Shown one piece after another: positions 44,222 through 57,320 of a stretch of DNA of 64,000 bases. The DNA is taken from contig CAJFCJ010000009.1 of NCBI GenBank assembly GCA_904063045.1, positions 786,942 through 850,941 on the forward strand, written 5' to 3'. The notes beneath the pieces were generated by a model. It was not told where the DNA came from. It saw only the letters and a program-made list of their open reading frames with translations, and searched no databases. Each line of letters begins with the position of its first letter. Position 1 is the first letter of the stretch. This DNA comes from Dimorphilus gyrociliatus. Lineage: Eukaryota > Animalia > Annelida. A program made the translations under genes and the position numbers.

Positions 44222-47200
44222 ATGTATCGTATAATCCAAGGAATCGGTCCTAAACGATCGTTACAGTTTGTCAAGAAAGCAGCGAGAAGTTTAACGACCT
44301 TTAGAGATCACTTTCCTAAGAACGATGATTTTTCGAATCGTCATATTGGACCAACTGAAGAAGAAGCATACCAAATGATCAAGTATCTTGGCTTAAAGGT
44401 ATAATTAAAAAAATAGTAAAATTCGGTTACAGATTCTAAAATACCCATTTTAAAATTATTATTATGTAAGAGAATTGACAAGAGAATGATCAGTAATTCA
44501 TTCTTCGAATAATCGCAAGGTCACAAAACTCTTAACCTGCAACAATTTTACCACAAGAACAGAAATGTTCCAAAAATAGCAATTCTTAAATGACGGAATA
44601 AAAAAATTAAAGCTATAAGCAATTTTTAAGTCTCTACTCTCTCTCCACGTTCTAATAATAGATTGAAAGAACATTTAAAAATAATTACCTAAAAAAGTTC
44701 ATTAAAAAACAGACGCATACTTATACATTTACCTATTCTTTACCAAATAGTCTTTCAGCTGAAAGTTTGGTCTACATGTTCTCAAGCTATACAATACTCT
44801 GCTAAAAATATATTGTCCGTTTATTGAAGTGTCAAGAAATCAGTCTTTACGCCCTTTTTTTGCTATATAATCACAACTAACCTTATTTTCGACAACATTT
44901 CATTGTTAAGAAGGAAATAATTTAATATTATTTACAGGATATAGACGAATTAACTAATCGAACTATACCTGACAATATCAAACTAACAAGACCATTGAAC
45001 CTTGAAGAGCAATTAGGTTAATCTAATTTAAATGCTTGTATTATAGTATTAAATTGTCATCAAGCAAATTATATTTTTATAGATGAGCCAGAATTAATAT
45101 CCCGTTTGATGAAAATAGCTGAAAATAATAAAGTTTGGCGATCCTACATGGGGATGGGCTATTATAACACCCATGTACCCAATACTATTTTGCGAAATAT
45201 GTTTGAAAACCCTGGCTGGTTTGTATCTTACTACTTATTCTATATAGTAAATATAGCTATTTTTATCTTCAGGACAACGCAGTACACGCCTTATCAGCCA
45301 GAAATATCTCAAGGACGTTTAGAAGGTCTAATAAACTATCAAACTCTTGTTTGCGATATGACAAAAATGGAAATTGGAAATGCATCTTTACTAGATGAAT
45401 CTACGGCAGCTGCTGAAGCAGTTGCATTATGCCACAGACAAACAAAACGAAACAAATTTATTATTGATTCGAAATGTCATCCTCAAACAATAGCCGTCTG
45501 TTTAACACGATCTTTGTATTTAACTCTTTCCTTTTCACCGCTTAAAGGCATTATTAGTATAAAAATTTGGTTTCAGACCCTTAGGAATAGATATAGATAT
45601 TGTTGATCGTGACAAGATGATTTTTGATAAAAAAGTGGCAGGATTTCTACTTCAGTACCCAGACACTGAAGGAACCGTACATGACATGCAAAATCTTGTC
45701 GAGGAGGCTCATAAACATCAAGTAAACGATTTGTAATTTGCCTTCTGTTTTTTCAAGCATCTATTATTCAACAGTGTTTAGCTGTTTGCGCAACTGATCT
45801 ACTTGCTTTAACGGCTCTTAAACCTCCTGGTGAATATGATTTCGATATAGCACTTGGTTCAACTCAACGATTTGGCGTTCCTCTCGGATACGGAGGTCCG
45901 CATGCTGCCTTTTTTGCTGTAAAAGATAAATTTAAAAGATTAATGCCAGGTAGAATGGTGGGAGTGTCGAGGTTTGTACACAAATAATCGAATGATTGGT
46001 TCTTATCTCTTATTAGTACATTTTGATATAAAAATAAATTTGGAACCTGTTTCAGAGATTCAAATGGAAAAGATTGCTATCGACTTGCTCTACAAACCAG
46101 AGAACAACACATTCGAAGAAATAAAGCAACGAGCAACATTTGCACAGCACAAGCCCTGCTAGCTAATATGTCTGCTATGTATGCAGTTTATCACGGACCT
46201 AAAGGTCTAAAACACATTGGTACTAGAGTTCATAAAGCTACATGCGTCCTCGCGGCAGGTGAACAACAAGTTATTTTGTTTTGATCTGTCTTATCTAATT
46301 TACTATGTGATTTTTTAGGACTTAGAAAAACAGGTCATGTAATAGAAAATGAACATTTCTTCGATACCCTACACATTCGACCGGTTTATACTCCCTCTGA
46401 AATTATGATTAAAGCTAATCAGAAAAAAATCAACTTGAGATATTTTGAAAACGGCAATGTAATAGAGCATATTTTAACATTTATTCACTCACGCCTGCGT
46501 GTTATAATTTTAGATTGGTGTTTCTTTGGATGAGACTATCGAAGATGAAGATGTAAGAGATCTTTTATGGATTTTTGGTTGTGAAATCCCTTTGGTAACT
46601 AAATATATAGAATACTAAGAGTTAAAATATAATGTACTTTAATAAAATAGGAAGATTTAATTAAAGAGGAAGAAAATTTAACTGAAAAATTAAAGCACAG
46701 CCGTACATCATCTTTTCTGGAACATGAAGTTTTTAATAAGTAAGTAAGCGTTATTTATGAATATAGTTAAAATTAAGAAATTTTTTCTTAGATATCAGTC
46801 AGAAACTGAAATAGTGAGATATATGAAAATCTTAGAGAATAAAGATTTATCTTTAGTTCATTCAATGATCCCTCTTGGATCGTGTACGATGAAATTGAAT
46901 AGTACAACGGAAATGATGGTAAGTAATGTTCAGAGTTCGGTTAAATAAAGATTTAATGTTTGTATCAACAATACAGCCTAGCTCTTGGCCGGCTCTATCT
47001 AGTATTCATCCCTTCGCACCTATTGAACAAGCTCAAGGTTATTTACAATTGTTTTTGGACTTTGAAAAAGATTTGTGCGAGATTACAGGCTACGATAAGA
47101 TTTCATTTCAACCAAACAGGTTTCACATTTTTTTCACATATCAAACTATAATATAAAAATTTTTTTTCAACTAGCGGAGCTCAAGGTGAATATGCAGGTT

Positions 47201-48769
47201 TAAGGACAATTAAAGCATACCTGGATGATAATGATCAGAAGCATAGAGTGGTAAATTTATTTTCACAGTTTTTGTTTTCTTATGAAATATATCAATATTT
47301 TCCGCAATTGGTAAAAAACTGTTACTCTAGGTCTGTCTTATACCTGAATCTGCTCATGGTACGAATCCGGCTAGTGCAAAAATGGCAGGAATGGATGTTA
47401 TAGACATTAAAGTTTGTTAATAGTAATAATAAATTAATGCTTAATAATTTTACTATTTTATTAGGTTAATAAACAAGGTGGAGTTGACATGCTCGACTTG
47501 AAAAACAAGGCAGAAGAGTGGAGTGACAAATTAGCGGCGTTGATGATAACTTATCCATCAACTAACGGTGTTTTTGATAAAGAAATTAGAGAAATTTGCG
47601 ATTTAATTCACCATCTTGGTGGTCAAGTATACTTAGATGGAGCAAATATGAATGCCCAGGTTGGTTTGTGTAGACCTGGTGATTATGGATCGGATGTTTC
47701 TCACTTGAATTTACACAAAACATTCTGTATACCTCATGGAGGAGGAGGGCCCGGTATGGGTCCAATAGGAGTGTAAGAAATGAGCACTTTTAATATGTGA
47801 ATCTTAGTTTTAACTTTTCCGTTTTAATCTTTTATTATAGAAAAGCTCATTTAGCACCATATCTCCCAACTCATCCAATTGTTCGTCCAGCCGGAGCGAG
47901 GCATCAATCCTTTGGCACAGTTAGTGCTGCACCCTACGGTTCTAGTGCCATTTTACCGATTTCCTATGCTTACATAAAGCTAATGGGGCCTAAAGGATTG
48001 AAAAGAGCCACTCAAATGGCTATAATAAACGCAAACTACATGGCGAAGCGATTGAGTAAACACTACAAAATATTGTTTACGAATAATGAAGGTATTCTAT
48101 TTTTATTACCCTGTTACTTTAATGTTAACAGGAAACTAATATAGAATTTCTTGAATAGGCTTTTGCGCACACGAATTCATAATTGACTGCAGAAATTTCA
48201 AAACATCAACTAAAATTGTTGCTACTGATATTGCTAAAAGACTACAAGATTACGGATTCCATGCCCCTACAATGTCTTGGCCAGTGTCAGATTGTTTGAT
48301 GATTGAGCCAACTGAAAGTGAAAGCAAATCTGAATTAGATCGTTATTGCGACGCGTTGATTTGTAAGATATTAAACTAAACTTTTCTCAATCGTCCTTTT
48401 CAAATTTTATTTTTCTTTAATCTAGCAATTCGTAAAGAAATCGATATGATAGCCGAAGGTAAATTAGACTTGCATGACAATCCGCTAAAGGTATTATTAC
48501 ACCAGTTGAATAAATGTGTGACATATGGCTTTAATTTAACGAATTTGCTTTTTTTTAATTAGCGATCACCTCATACAATTCAAGACGTTACGGCTTCGGA
48601 ATGGAACAGGGCGTATTCTAGAGAAATGGCTGCTTTTCCAGCCGAGTTTGTTAATCCCACTTCAAAATTCTGGCCACCGGTTGGACGAATTGATGATATA
48701 TATGGTGATTCACATTTTCAATGTAGATGTCCTCCTGTGACGACATACAAATCAGCCTATTTGGATTAG
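44222..48769 (+). CDS. GLDC: Glycine dehydrogenase (decarboxylating), glycine cleavage P protein, about 16 exons
   Basis: [46 protein letters not shown]-lysine motif [37 protein letters not shown]. Confidence 0.97.
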
Positions 48770-48995
48770 AGCAAGGAAACCTAGACCAATGTTTTAAGAA
48801 CGGACTGGTCAATGTTAAAGATACAGAAGAAAAGAAAAAAATGTATAATTCTGAATATTCTGACTTAATAGGCCATATATGTGTTTCATTAATCTGAAAT
48901 AAAACTAAAATTCTGTATTAATATAACAGCTAATAATCGAAATCGATCGTCTAAATTATTCGCGGCTGGTGATTGGTTGGAGCGCGCATAATTAA

Positions 48996-49037
48996 TGATT
49001 ATAGGCCTTCTTCAGCTGTGATTATAGGCCTCTTCAG
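48996..49037. repeat. Short tandem duplication TGATTATAGGCC(T)TCTTCAG x2
   Basis: Copies at 48996-49015 and 49019-49037, about 100 nt upstream of the ankyrin gene ATG. Confidence 0.8.
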
Positions 49038-49129
49038 AAATCTATGACGGTCGCTAGAGTGAACGGGAAAGGCAGGTCGATAACAACAGTAATACGTCGC
49101 GGTGGTGATAGTTTAGTGATGGAGCGAAA

Positions 49130-49869
49130 ATGACGGACATAATTAAGGCTGTTAGAGAAGAAAACCTTGAAGAGGTTCAACAATTGTTAGAATCAGATTC
49201 GGTAAGTTCATTTAAGGGCTTCTTTGTTCACACCTTTAATGTTTTCTTTATTTTTTACTTCGCTTGCTCTTTTACTTAACTTGAACACGCCGGTTTAAGA
49301 TCAAAAGTGTATAGTCTTATGTGCGTTTTAACGTTTAGAAAAAGTATTTCTCTCAACAGCCACGCCTGTATTCATCAAAATCAGTTAATCTAAAACTAAT
49401 AGACAGTAACTAATAAAGAATGTTTGGTTTAGTTGACAGCTGGATAGTTATCAATAATTAATACAATTCCCAATGCTACTCTCAAGGGCTTGAACGACGC
49501 GTGTTCAATGTAAACTTGTTAGACAATGATTAAAGAATTTTTCGGTATTTTTCTAAAGGATCTTTTAGCAGAAATATTTATGTAAACTTTGCAATTTTTC
49601 ATTTAAAAATTTAATGTTTAATCTTTTTTTTTTTATAAAAAAAAGATTAAAAATCTTATTACGAAAAAAAAGAACACTTAAGAAGAAATAAGAAAAAGAA
49701 TCTTTTGTTTTATCTAATTACTTTACTTAATTTTTGACGAATTTTCGAAGAAAAATTAAAAAATATCACATTTTCTTATAAAGTGATTGATTACAAGCTT
49801 CGTACTTCTATAAAAAAATCGATAAACGGTAAAATATTCCGGATTTTTTTCTGTATATACCTTTTTTTG

Positions 49870-49908
<39 letters not shown>

Positions 49909-52900
49909 TTTAGTCTATTTAGAGCGACCCTTTCAGAGAAAGATATTTATACTTATATAGATAACTTTACCTTGTACTATTTAGAGTTCTTGTTCAAAGT
50001 CAGATCAAGTAATTTATATGAGCTGTTTATTATGGATTAGTTCTCTTTCCCTATAGGTAAAGGGATTTTCAGTCATTTTTCCTGGATAACCTCTTTTCCG
50101 GGGTCGATTATCGTATTTGTCTATATGCTAAATGATTAAACAATTATGTTAAGTGAAAAAACAAGAAGAGAAAGAGAGGGAAAACAGAGGGAAAACAATT
50201 AACAAACTTGTATATATTTATATAAAGAAGGGGTTATATAAATAACTTACACTATTGAATAGTTGTTTTTTTAGATATAACTTAACAGTTAGACCTTCCT
50301 CTCGACAACTGTATTCTATATTTAATATTTCCACTCCCAACAGTTCGTATTGTTAAACACAATGAACAGAATAAACCGACAAAGTTACACTTGTCTTAAG
50401 ACAATTTAAGGAAGGATTTTTTTTTTCAAGCCCCTTTCCAATCATTTATTAAACAATTGTTAAGAAGATCGTAATTATTTAAGCTACTCCGCCATTTGAA
50501 TTATATAAAGCGTTTTTCATAATCTCTTTTCAATAAGTTTTCTTTTCAAATTCAACAATTTTTGATCTCTCGCTAGTCTTTAATAAAGGAATATTAATAC
50601 TTCACAAATGAAGTATAATCGTTCTCTTAAAATTTCCTTTTCTTTATTGGATAATCAAAGATTTTGTTATTGGTTCGCATAAATGTTTAGTTGTTAGGCT
50701 TATTTAATTATGCATGATAGTAAAAGAAGTTTTACTATCCAGATTTTAATCTTATTACGTTTTTTTTAACAGGCCTTTATATTTGTTTACCTTTTTAACT
50801 GACTCAACATTTTTAAGTGAAATTTCAACTTAAACTAATCAGCCTAAATAGGAAATAAGCTTGAATAAACATACTCTTTAAATGTTAATTCATTCTATTG
50901 AATGAATTGTAATAGTAGTTGAAAAGAAGGGAAACTTTAAAATGGTTTTACTTCCTTTATTTTTAGGATGTTAAGGGCGTCGATGAACATGGTCGTACAG
51001 CTCTTCACTATTGCGCCGAATCTTCTAAAACAGATATAGCTAAACTACTGCTGGAGAAGGATGCTACGATTGCTAATTGTCGGGATAAGGATGACGGATA
51101 TACGCCTCTCCACCTGGCCGTTATATCGTCAAATATCGAGTTAATAAAATGTCTTATTTCCTATAAAGCTGACCCAAATATTCTTGATAATGAAAGTCAT
51201 AGTACTATGCACTGGGCTTCAGTTTGCGGCCAGGATGAAGTTATTACACTTTTAATGGAGGCCGGTGCCAATCCTAATTCCAAAGACGCGTTTGGTGCCA
51301 CACCCCTTCACTATGCGGCTCAATTGTGCTCTAACAAAACTGAAAATGATGATATCGAGTCTGCTAAGGGAATCCTTGAAAAATTTTTGGGATATGACTG
51401 TGAAGTGGACTCACAAGACGAAACCGGTCGTTCCGCTTTACTTTGGGCTGCCTGCGTTGGTACCCAGCACGCTTGTAAAATGCTCATCGATAAAGGAGCA
51501 AATGTCAATTTTTCCGATAATGATGGATTAAGTGCTTTACATTGTGCAGCTTCGCAGGGCTTTGAAGAAGTTATTAACTTTTTAGCTGGTTCAGCAAAAG
51601 TAGACGCCGAAGATAAAAATGGTTGTACACCCTTATATTATGCTGTCAGCCATGGGCACGTAAAGGCTACTAAGGCTCTACTAGAGGTAATTACATTATT
51701 ATTGTTATCAAATATTGAATAAATAGGATTAATTCATTTTTTTTTTGGCAGAATGGTGCTAATCCTTCACAAACTGATTTCAAAGGAAGAAGTCCAGCAC
51801 ATTGTGCAGCTTCAAAAGGTCATTTGGATTGTTTAAAAGTGTTACAAGAGTTCAAGGGAGACTTATGGTTGCCAAACAGAAAGCAAGAACGAGCCATCCA
51901 TGAGGCTTGCTTGGAAGGCCATAATGGTAAATTTCAGTGGAAATACAATATTTCTATTATTTGAACAATTCTTTTCTTTTATCTATCAATGTATTTAAAT
52001 GATTTCCCATTTTAATTTATTTTCTTTTGTATCAACCTTGAAAGGTAAAAATAACAAATTAATTACTCTTTTTAGAAATTGTCGACTATTTATTATCGGT
52101 TGCTAAAGATAAGGAGAGTGTAAATAAAGCAAATGCTGACGGCCGAACGTGCCTTCACATTGCCACATTGACAAATAACATAGATTTGTGTAAACTGTTG
52201 GTTGATAAGGACGCTGATTTGGATGTAATTTATGAGATTAAGGACAGATCGTTGAAACCATATGATATAGCCGTTTACAAGAAACATTTTAAATGTGCTG
52301 AAATTGTTAAGCCACAGATTAAAAAGGCAGATGATGACAAAAATGATGAAAACAAAGACGAGGCGGAGGAAGAAATAAAGAATGATTCTAAACCTGAAGA
52401 AATTGAAAGTAAAGCAAATGTTAGTGAAGAAACTGAGCAAATATCGGAGGATACGCCTGAAGAGAAGAAAGAAGAGTTTCAAACAGATGACAATAAAACT
52501 ATAGAACAACCCGATGAGAAACCAATAGATGAAGAGAAGACAGCTGAATCAAATCTTGAATCAACACATCCAGAGGAATCAAATGCTGAAAAGGAAAAAC
52601 TTGAAGAAAATACTACTGAATCAAATAGTGAATTAAAACAAACTAATTCTGAAGAGGCAGAAGTGAATGAGCCAAAATCAGAGAAGAAGGTCGACGATAC
52701 AAAATCCGCAGGTTCAGCCGAAGAGAAAGATACTGATATTGAAAAGGAAGAAGATAGCAAGGTTGAAGCGAAAGTATCGAATGATAGTGAAAGAGAAGCA
52801 GGAACTGCTGAAGTCACTAGGGTTGAAACAACCTCTTCGGAAGATAATAAGGTAGAATCAAAAACCTCGGAAGATAATATAGTAGCAGCAAAGACATCGG

Positions 52901-55698
52901 AAGATAACAAGGTAGAAGCAAAGACATCGGAGGATAACAAGGTAGAGGCAAAGACATCGGAAGATAACAATATAGAATCAAAGACATCGAAAGATAACAA
53001 GGTAGAAGCAAAGACATCGGAGGATAACAAGGTAGAGGCAAAGACATCGGAAGATAACAAGGTAGAAGCAAAGGCATCAGAAGATAATAATGTTGAAGCA
53101 AAAACTTCGGAAGATAACAAGGCTGAAGCAAAAACATCGAATGAAGTTAAACCTACAGAAAGTAATCAAGTCGAAACAAATAAATCAGCTAACAAAGAAG
53201 GTTCAATCAAGTCGAGTGAAATGAAGACAGAAGATCAAAGTAAAGCAAATGAGGATAAGCTATCTAGTCAAAGTGGTGAACATAAACCTGCAGAGCAGAG
53301 AAATAATCAAGCAAATTTGACTCAGGAAACTGAAAGACTTGAAACTGACAAAAAGTCAGCATCAAAAACTACTGTTGGTAACGGTGATAATAGCAAAAGC
53401 AGTAATAATCCAAAGAGAGAAACTTTTCCAATATCAGTTCCCGTTCCTATCCCTCCCGTCTCTACATATAGTGACAAAAAGCGCAGAGATACTCGAGCTC
53501 CTAGTCGAAGAGCATCATCTAGAGCTAAACCAATTGAAAAACAGAAATCTTCTGTTACTGAAAAGAAATCAAGTAGTCCTTCTAAACCTGCAGTTCAAAA
53601 ACGACCAACCGAAGCAGTTAAAAGCCCTAATAAGAACAATTCTCAATTCACAAGAGAATCTACAAAATCTAAAATACCAGCAGCTGTTGCGACAGACAAG
53701 TCACAAGATGAAAAAGTCAATTCAAGCCCCAAGCCTATGACTTCGCATTCAAGTGAAAAAACAGAGTCAAAAATACCCAATGGTCAGATTGGAACACCCA
53801 TCAAGACAATTGGAAATAAGTCAGCTCAAGAATCTGAAAACAACCAAAGTAGCCCAGAGCAAACAAATCAAAACGTGACAGAAAACATTTCACCAGCCGA
53901 GAAAGCACAGACTACTGTCAAAGAAACTAAAGTTGAAAATAAAAATGAAAAGAAAGAGGAAGTTAGTAGCGAAGCAGTAATTTCCACAACACATCTAGAA
54001 GAACAAAGTTCCCAAGTGAAGTCGCAAAATAATCAGGAAGATAATCGTCCAAATAGCGTTCAAGAGTCAAAAGCGGAAGCTGGTGTAGGCCAAAATTCAA
54101 AGTCGATTGGGGAATCAGTCGTCGTTGATAAACCCAAAGATAATAATGAAACAATCAAAAAGAAAATGCATGAATCTTCAGTATTAGAAGCAACTGCCGT
54201 GGCAGCTGCGGTTGTGAATACTTCTCTTGAAGAATCGCATGTGAGCGAAGAAAAAGAAATACCAAAAGAGGCTAGAGAAACTAAAATTGTACATAATTCA
54301 AAAGCTGAAGAAGAAAGCAATCCAAAGGAAACTAAAGAACCTGCAAATGCTAAAGAATCAATTGTTATCGACTCTAACGATAATCAAAAAACTGAACATA
54401 CGACAGAGTCCGATATTCGAGATACAGAACGTGCCAATGAGAAAAGTAACACGAAGAGAAATGATTTGAAAGAGGAGCAAGATCCTATTGTAGAAAAAAA
54501 GAAGCTCAATCGTAATAGCAATAACCCATCAGTTACTTTGGCAAATGATACAAAACGTGACGAAAAGGAGAAAAGTGACAAAAAACCGCAACACATTAAT
54601 CGGTGGGATAGAAGAGAAATCAATACAAAGGAAGAGTACAATAAGAAGGTAACTAAACCAATCAATAAAGACAACCACGACGAAAAGAGTTCTACGTTTG
54701 AATATAATAGACCTATATTAAAGAGAGAAACAACTGATTATAAGAAACAAAATACTCCAGATCGAAGAGAACTCTATAGAAATCGAACAGATTTAAAATC
54801 AAGAGAAAAACGACCGGAAACAGGAAATCCGTACGAATCTACTTTTATACCGCCGATGACCCCTTTGAGACGAGAAAAAACGCAGACGTTTTGTTCGAGA
54901 GAACCAACTATTATTGAAGATGCTTCTCAACCACCGCCTCGTTTGAATCGTGAACGGACAAACGGAAATGTATTCCATAAGAGATTACCTCTGGTCAGAA
55001 GTGACACGTCTCCCAATTCTACTAGTAGTGAGGGATCCGTTCGAAATTTTCGTTTTAGATACGTTCCTCTTCGCCCTAAGCGTTTGGAAGAATCGCCTTA
55101 TAGACAAGTGGAAAATCGACCAAAAACTGCACCTAGACCAGGAACGAGACAAGGTTCAAAAATTCATTCTAGACCCTCAACAGCTTCTTCAAATTCCCAA
55201 AAACAAAAGTCAAGAATAGGTTTAGATCGGCCTAAAGTTGTCTACAAAAGAATTGACAATCATATACAAGAAGCGGTTAGACTATTTGAGTTGAAAAAGT
55301 TGGCAACACAGGAGCTTAACCGAGCTAAGAGATTAACTGTGTACAACCAATATAGAGGAAGTATTACCAGTAAAACCATTTTGAAGACTCTCATGGAGAA
55401 TTATAATCAAAAATCGATTCCACGCTATCGTACAACACAGAGCCAGTTTAGGGATATAAGATCGTGGCAGGATCATCTAAAAGATCAATTAACACAAGTT
55501 AACCAAGATGAAAAGGCTTACGAACAAGAATTTGGGGTAATAAAATATTTTAATATTTAGTTTATTTGTTATTTCATATTCTAATATGTTAATTTGTATT
55601 ATCTAATTTAGTGGAGACTCCAGCATAGACCATATTCAACAAAATGGTTAATCTACACACCGAATCAGGGAAAGACTAAAACTGAGAGTAGTCACTAA
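49130..55698 (+). CDS. Large ankyrin-repeat protein (inversin-like N-terminus) with a >1000-aa low-complexity tail
   Basis: Exon 1 (49130-49201), a 1.8-kb intron, then about 10 ankyrin repeats (GRTALHYC, GYTPLHLA, GATPLHYA, GRSALLWA, GCTPLYYA), a 3.4-kb exon, and a last exon ending in TAA 55696-55698. Confidence 0.85.
49870..49905. repeat. (TC)n intronic microsatellite
   Basis: TC run with one interruption. Confidence 0.9.
52834..53133 (+). repeat. Coding minisatellite, 10 x 30 nt (TSEDNKVEAK)
   Basis: Unit acatcggaagataacaaggtagaagcaaag; units 3 and 8 are identical, as are units 4 and 7. Confidence 0.95.
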
Positions 55699-55723
55699 TC
55701 TGCACTAATAAATTAAACTAAGC

Positions 55724-57320
55724 TTAATCCGCTTTCAAATCATTCTTAACTTCATCCGGAATCTTATTCAAGTACCAAGTGTGCTCAGACTCTAAGCACG
55801 TAGCCAGCACTCCACTGGAATTTCTTCTTGGAACGTTCACTTCATATGGAATATTGACACCTCTTATATCTGTCAACTTTCCGCCGGCCGCCTTAAGGAC
55901 AGCTTCTGGAGCTGCAGTATCCCATTTTTTACAACCTGGAGATGCAAATACATAAGCATGAGCTTTGCCTTCAATGAGCAAGAGAACTTTGTGCCCAGCG
56001 CCACCAACTTTGATAACTTCTGTTGGCTCGCAAGAATCTACGGCAGCTTTTACAGAACCACTGGAATGTGATCGAGTCGTTGTTATAATTCTACCAGTAG
56101 ATGGCGGAACGGTTGGTTGAGGTATTCCATAAGCTCCTGAATGCAATATTAATAGTATTGGAAAAATGAAAAACAATTGAATAGTAACGATGTGATTCTA
56201 TCTGTGTATATAATCATAAAAAGTTCCGTTTGCAGATGGTGCAATTTAATAAACATTCATACGATATATCATTGTCTAAACTGTCTGTTGCATATATAAT
56301 TATGCTTACCCACGCCCACAATTCCCCAGATAGTTCTTCCTAGTTCAGCGTCTGGTCCAGCTTTATAGTTAAAGTAAGGTTGATAGATTACACCACCGAC
56401 CGCTTCTCCGTTGACCGTTACTCCAATTAGTACAGTTACATGATCCAGAAGGCCTATAGATGATAGTAAATCTTTACAATTTGATAACAAAGTTTCCTTA
56501 ATCATAAAATACCTTGCGTGTACTCTGCTGTACCATCTAATGGGTCGATCCAAATAATTATCTAAACGCAACAAGGAGAAAAAAGAATATCAGCTATGTG
56601 CTCGATGAAGCACATTACGTAGCCATGGAAACGAGGCTTACTTGGTCGTCTGTCACGTTTTTTAGTTTGTCTGGTAATCGATCTGCAGTGCTTAAAACTT
56701 CTTCTGACTGAGATAGTTCTATCCAATCTTCGGGTACTTGGGAAGAATCCAGTTCCTCCTCACCAATCATGGTCACCTTGGGATAACGTTTTTTTAATGA
56801 CGCCATAATGCATCTTTGGGCAGACCTATCAGCTTCGGTTTGCAAATCATTCTTTCCCTACAGAAAAACAAAAGAGATTATTTGAAATCTATATGTCATT
56901 ATCATTAAAAGCAGTATGTGCCATAATTCCAATCTATTTAATTCAATACCTTCTCAACAATTCCTAAGTTACCCTTTTTTAGAATATCTCTAATGATATT
57001 TCCTGCTTTTTCCGATATATTAACAGAGCTAGCGATTATGTCACTTAATAAAGGCATTATTGACTATTTCACTCTCAATGTAATCCAACCAGCTGATGCA
57101 AACTTGATTGTGAACTATAGCCTGCAGAAATCACGCCATCTCTCTCAATACTCTTGCGCCATCTATTATCTTTTCTTAATAAAATTAAAATATATAAATA
57201 TATAATTACCTTATTAACAATACCCCACTTTCCTTCTTGAAACAAGTTTCTGATTATGCTACCACTTTTCTTTGCCGCTTGAACAGCTTGTGACATGATA
57301 GAGACAATTCTTCCTGACAT
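55724..57320 (-). CDS. BPNT1: 3'(2'),5'-bisphosphate nucleotidase 1
   Basis: [74 protein letters not shown]. Confidence 0.95.
56619..56632. promoter_or_regulatory. X-box GTAGCCATGGAAAC inside a 65-nt BPNT1 intron
   Basis: Exact match to the ciliary X-box consensus GTHNYY-AT-RRNAAC. Confidence 0.4.
56950..57057 (-). CDS. BPNT1: Alternative first coding exon (1b) of BPNT1
   Basis: 108 nt encoding [36 protein letters not shown], ending in a phase-0 AAG|GTATTG donor; paralogous to exon 1a (57210-57320). Confidence 0.8.

Noticed and set aside
52479-53137. Minus-strand ORFs (213 aa and 106 aa) over the minisatellite
   Set aside because: Antisense shadows of the 30-nt coding repeat; low-complexity Ser/Leu translation.
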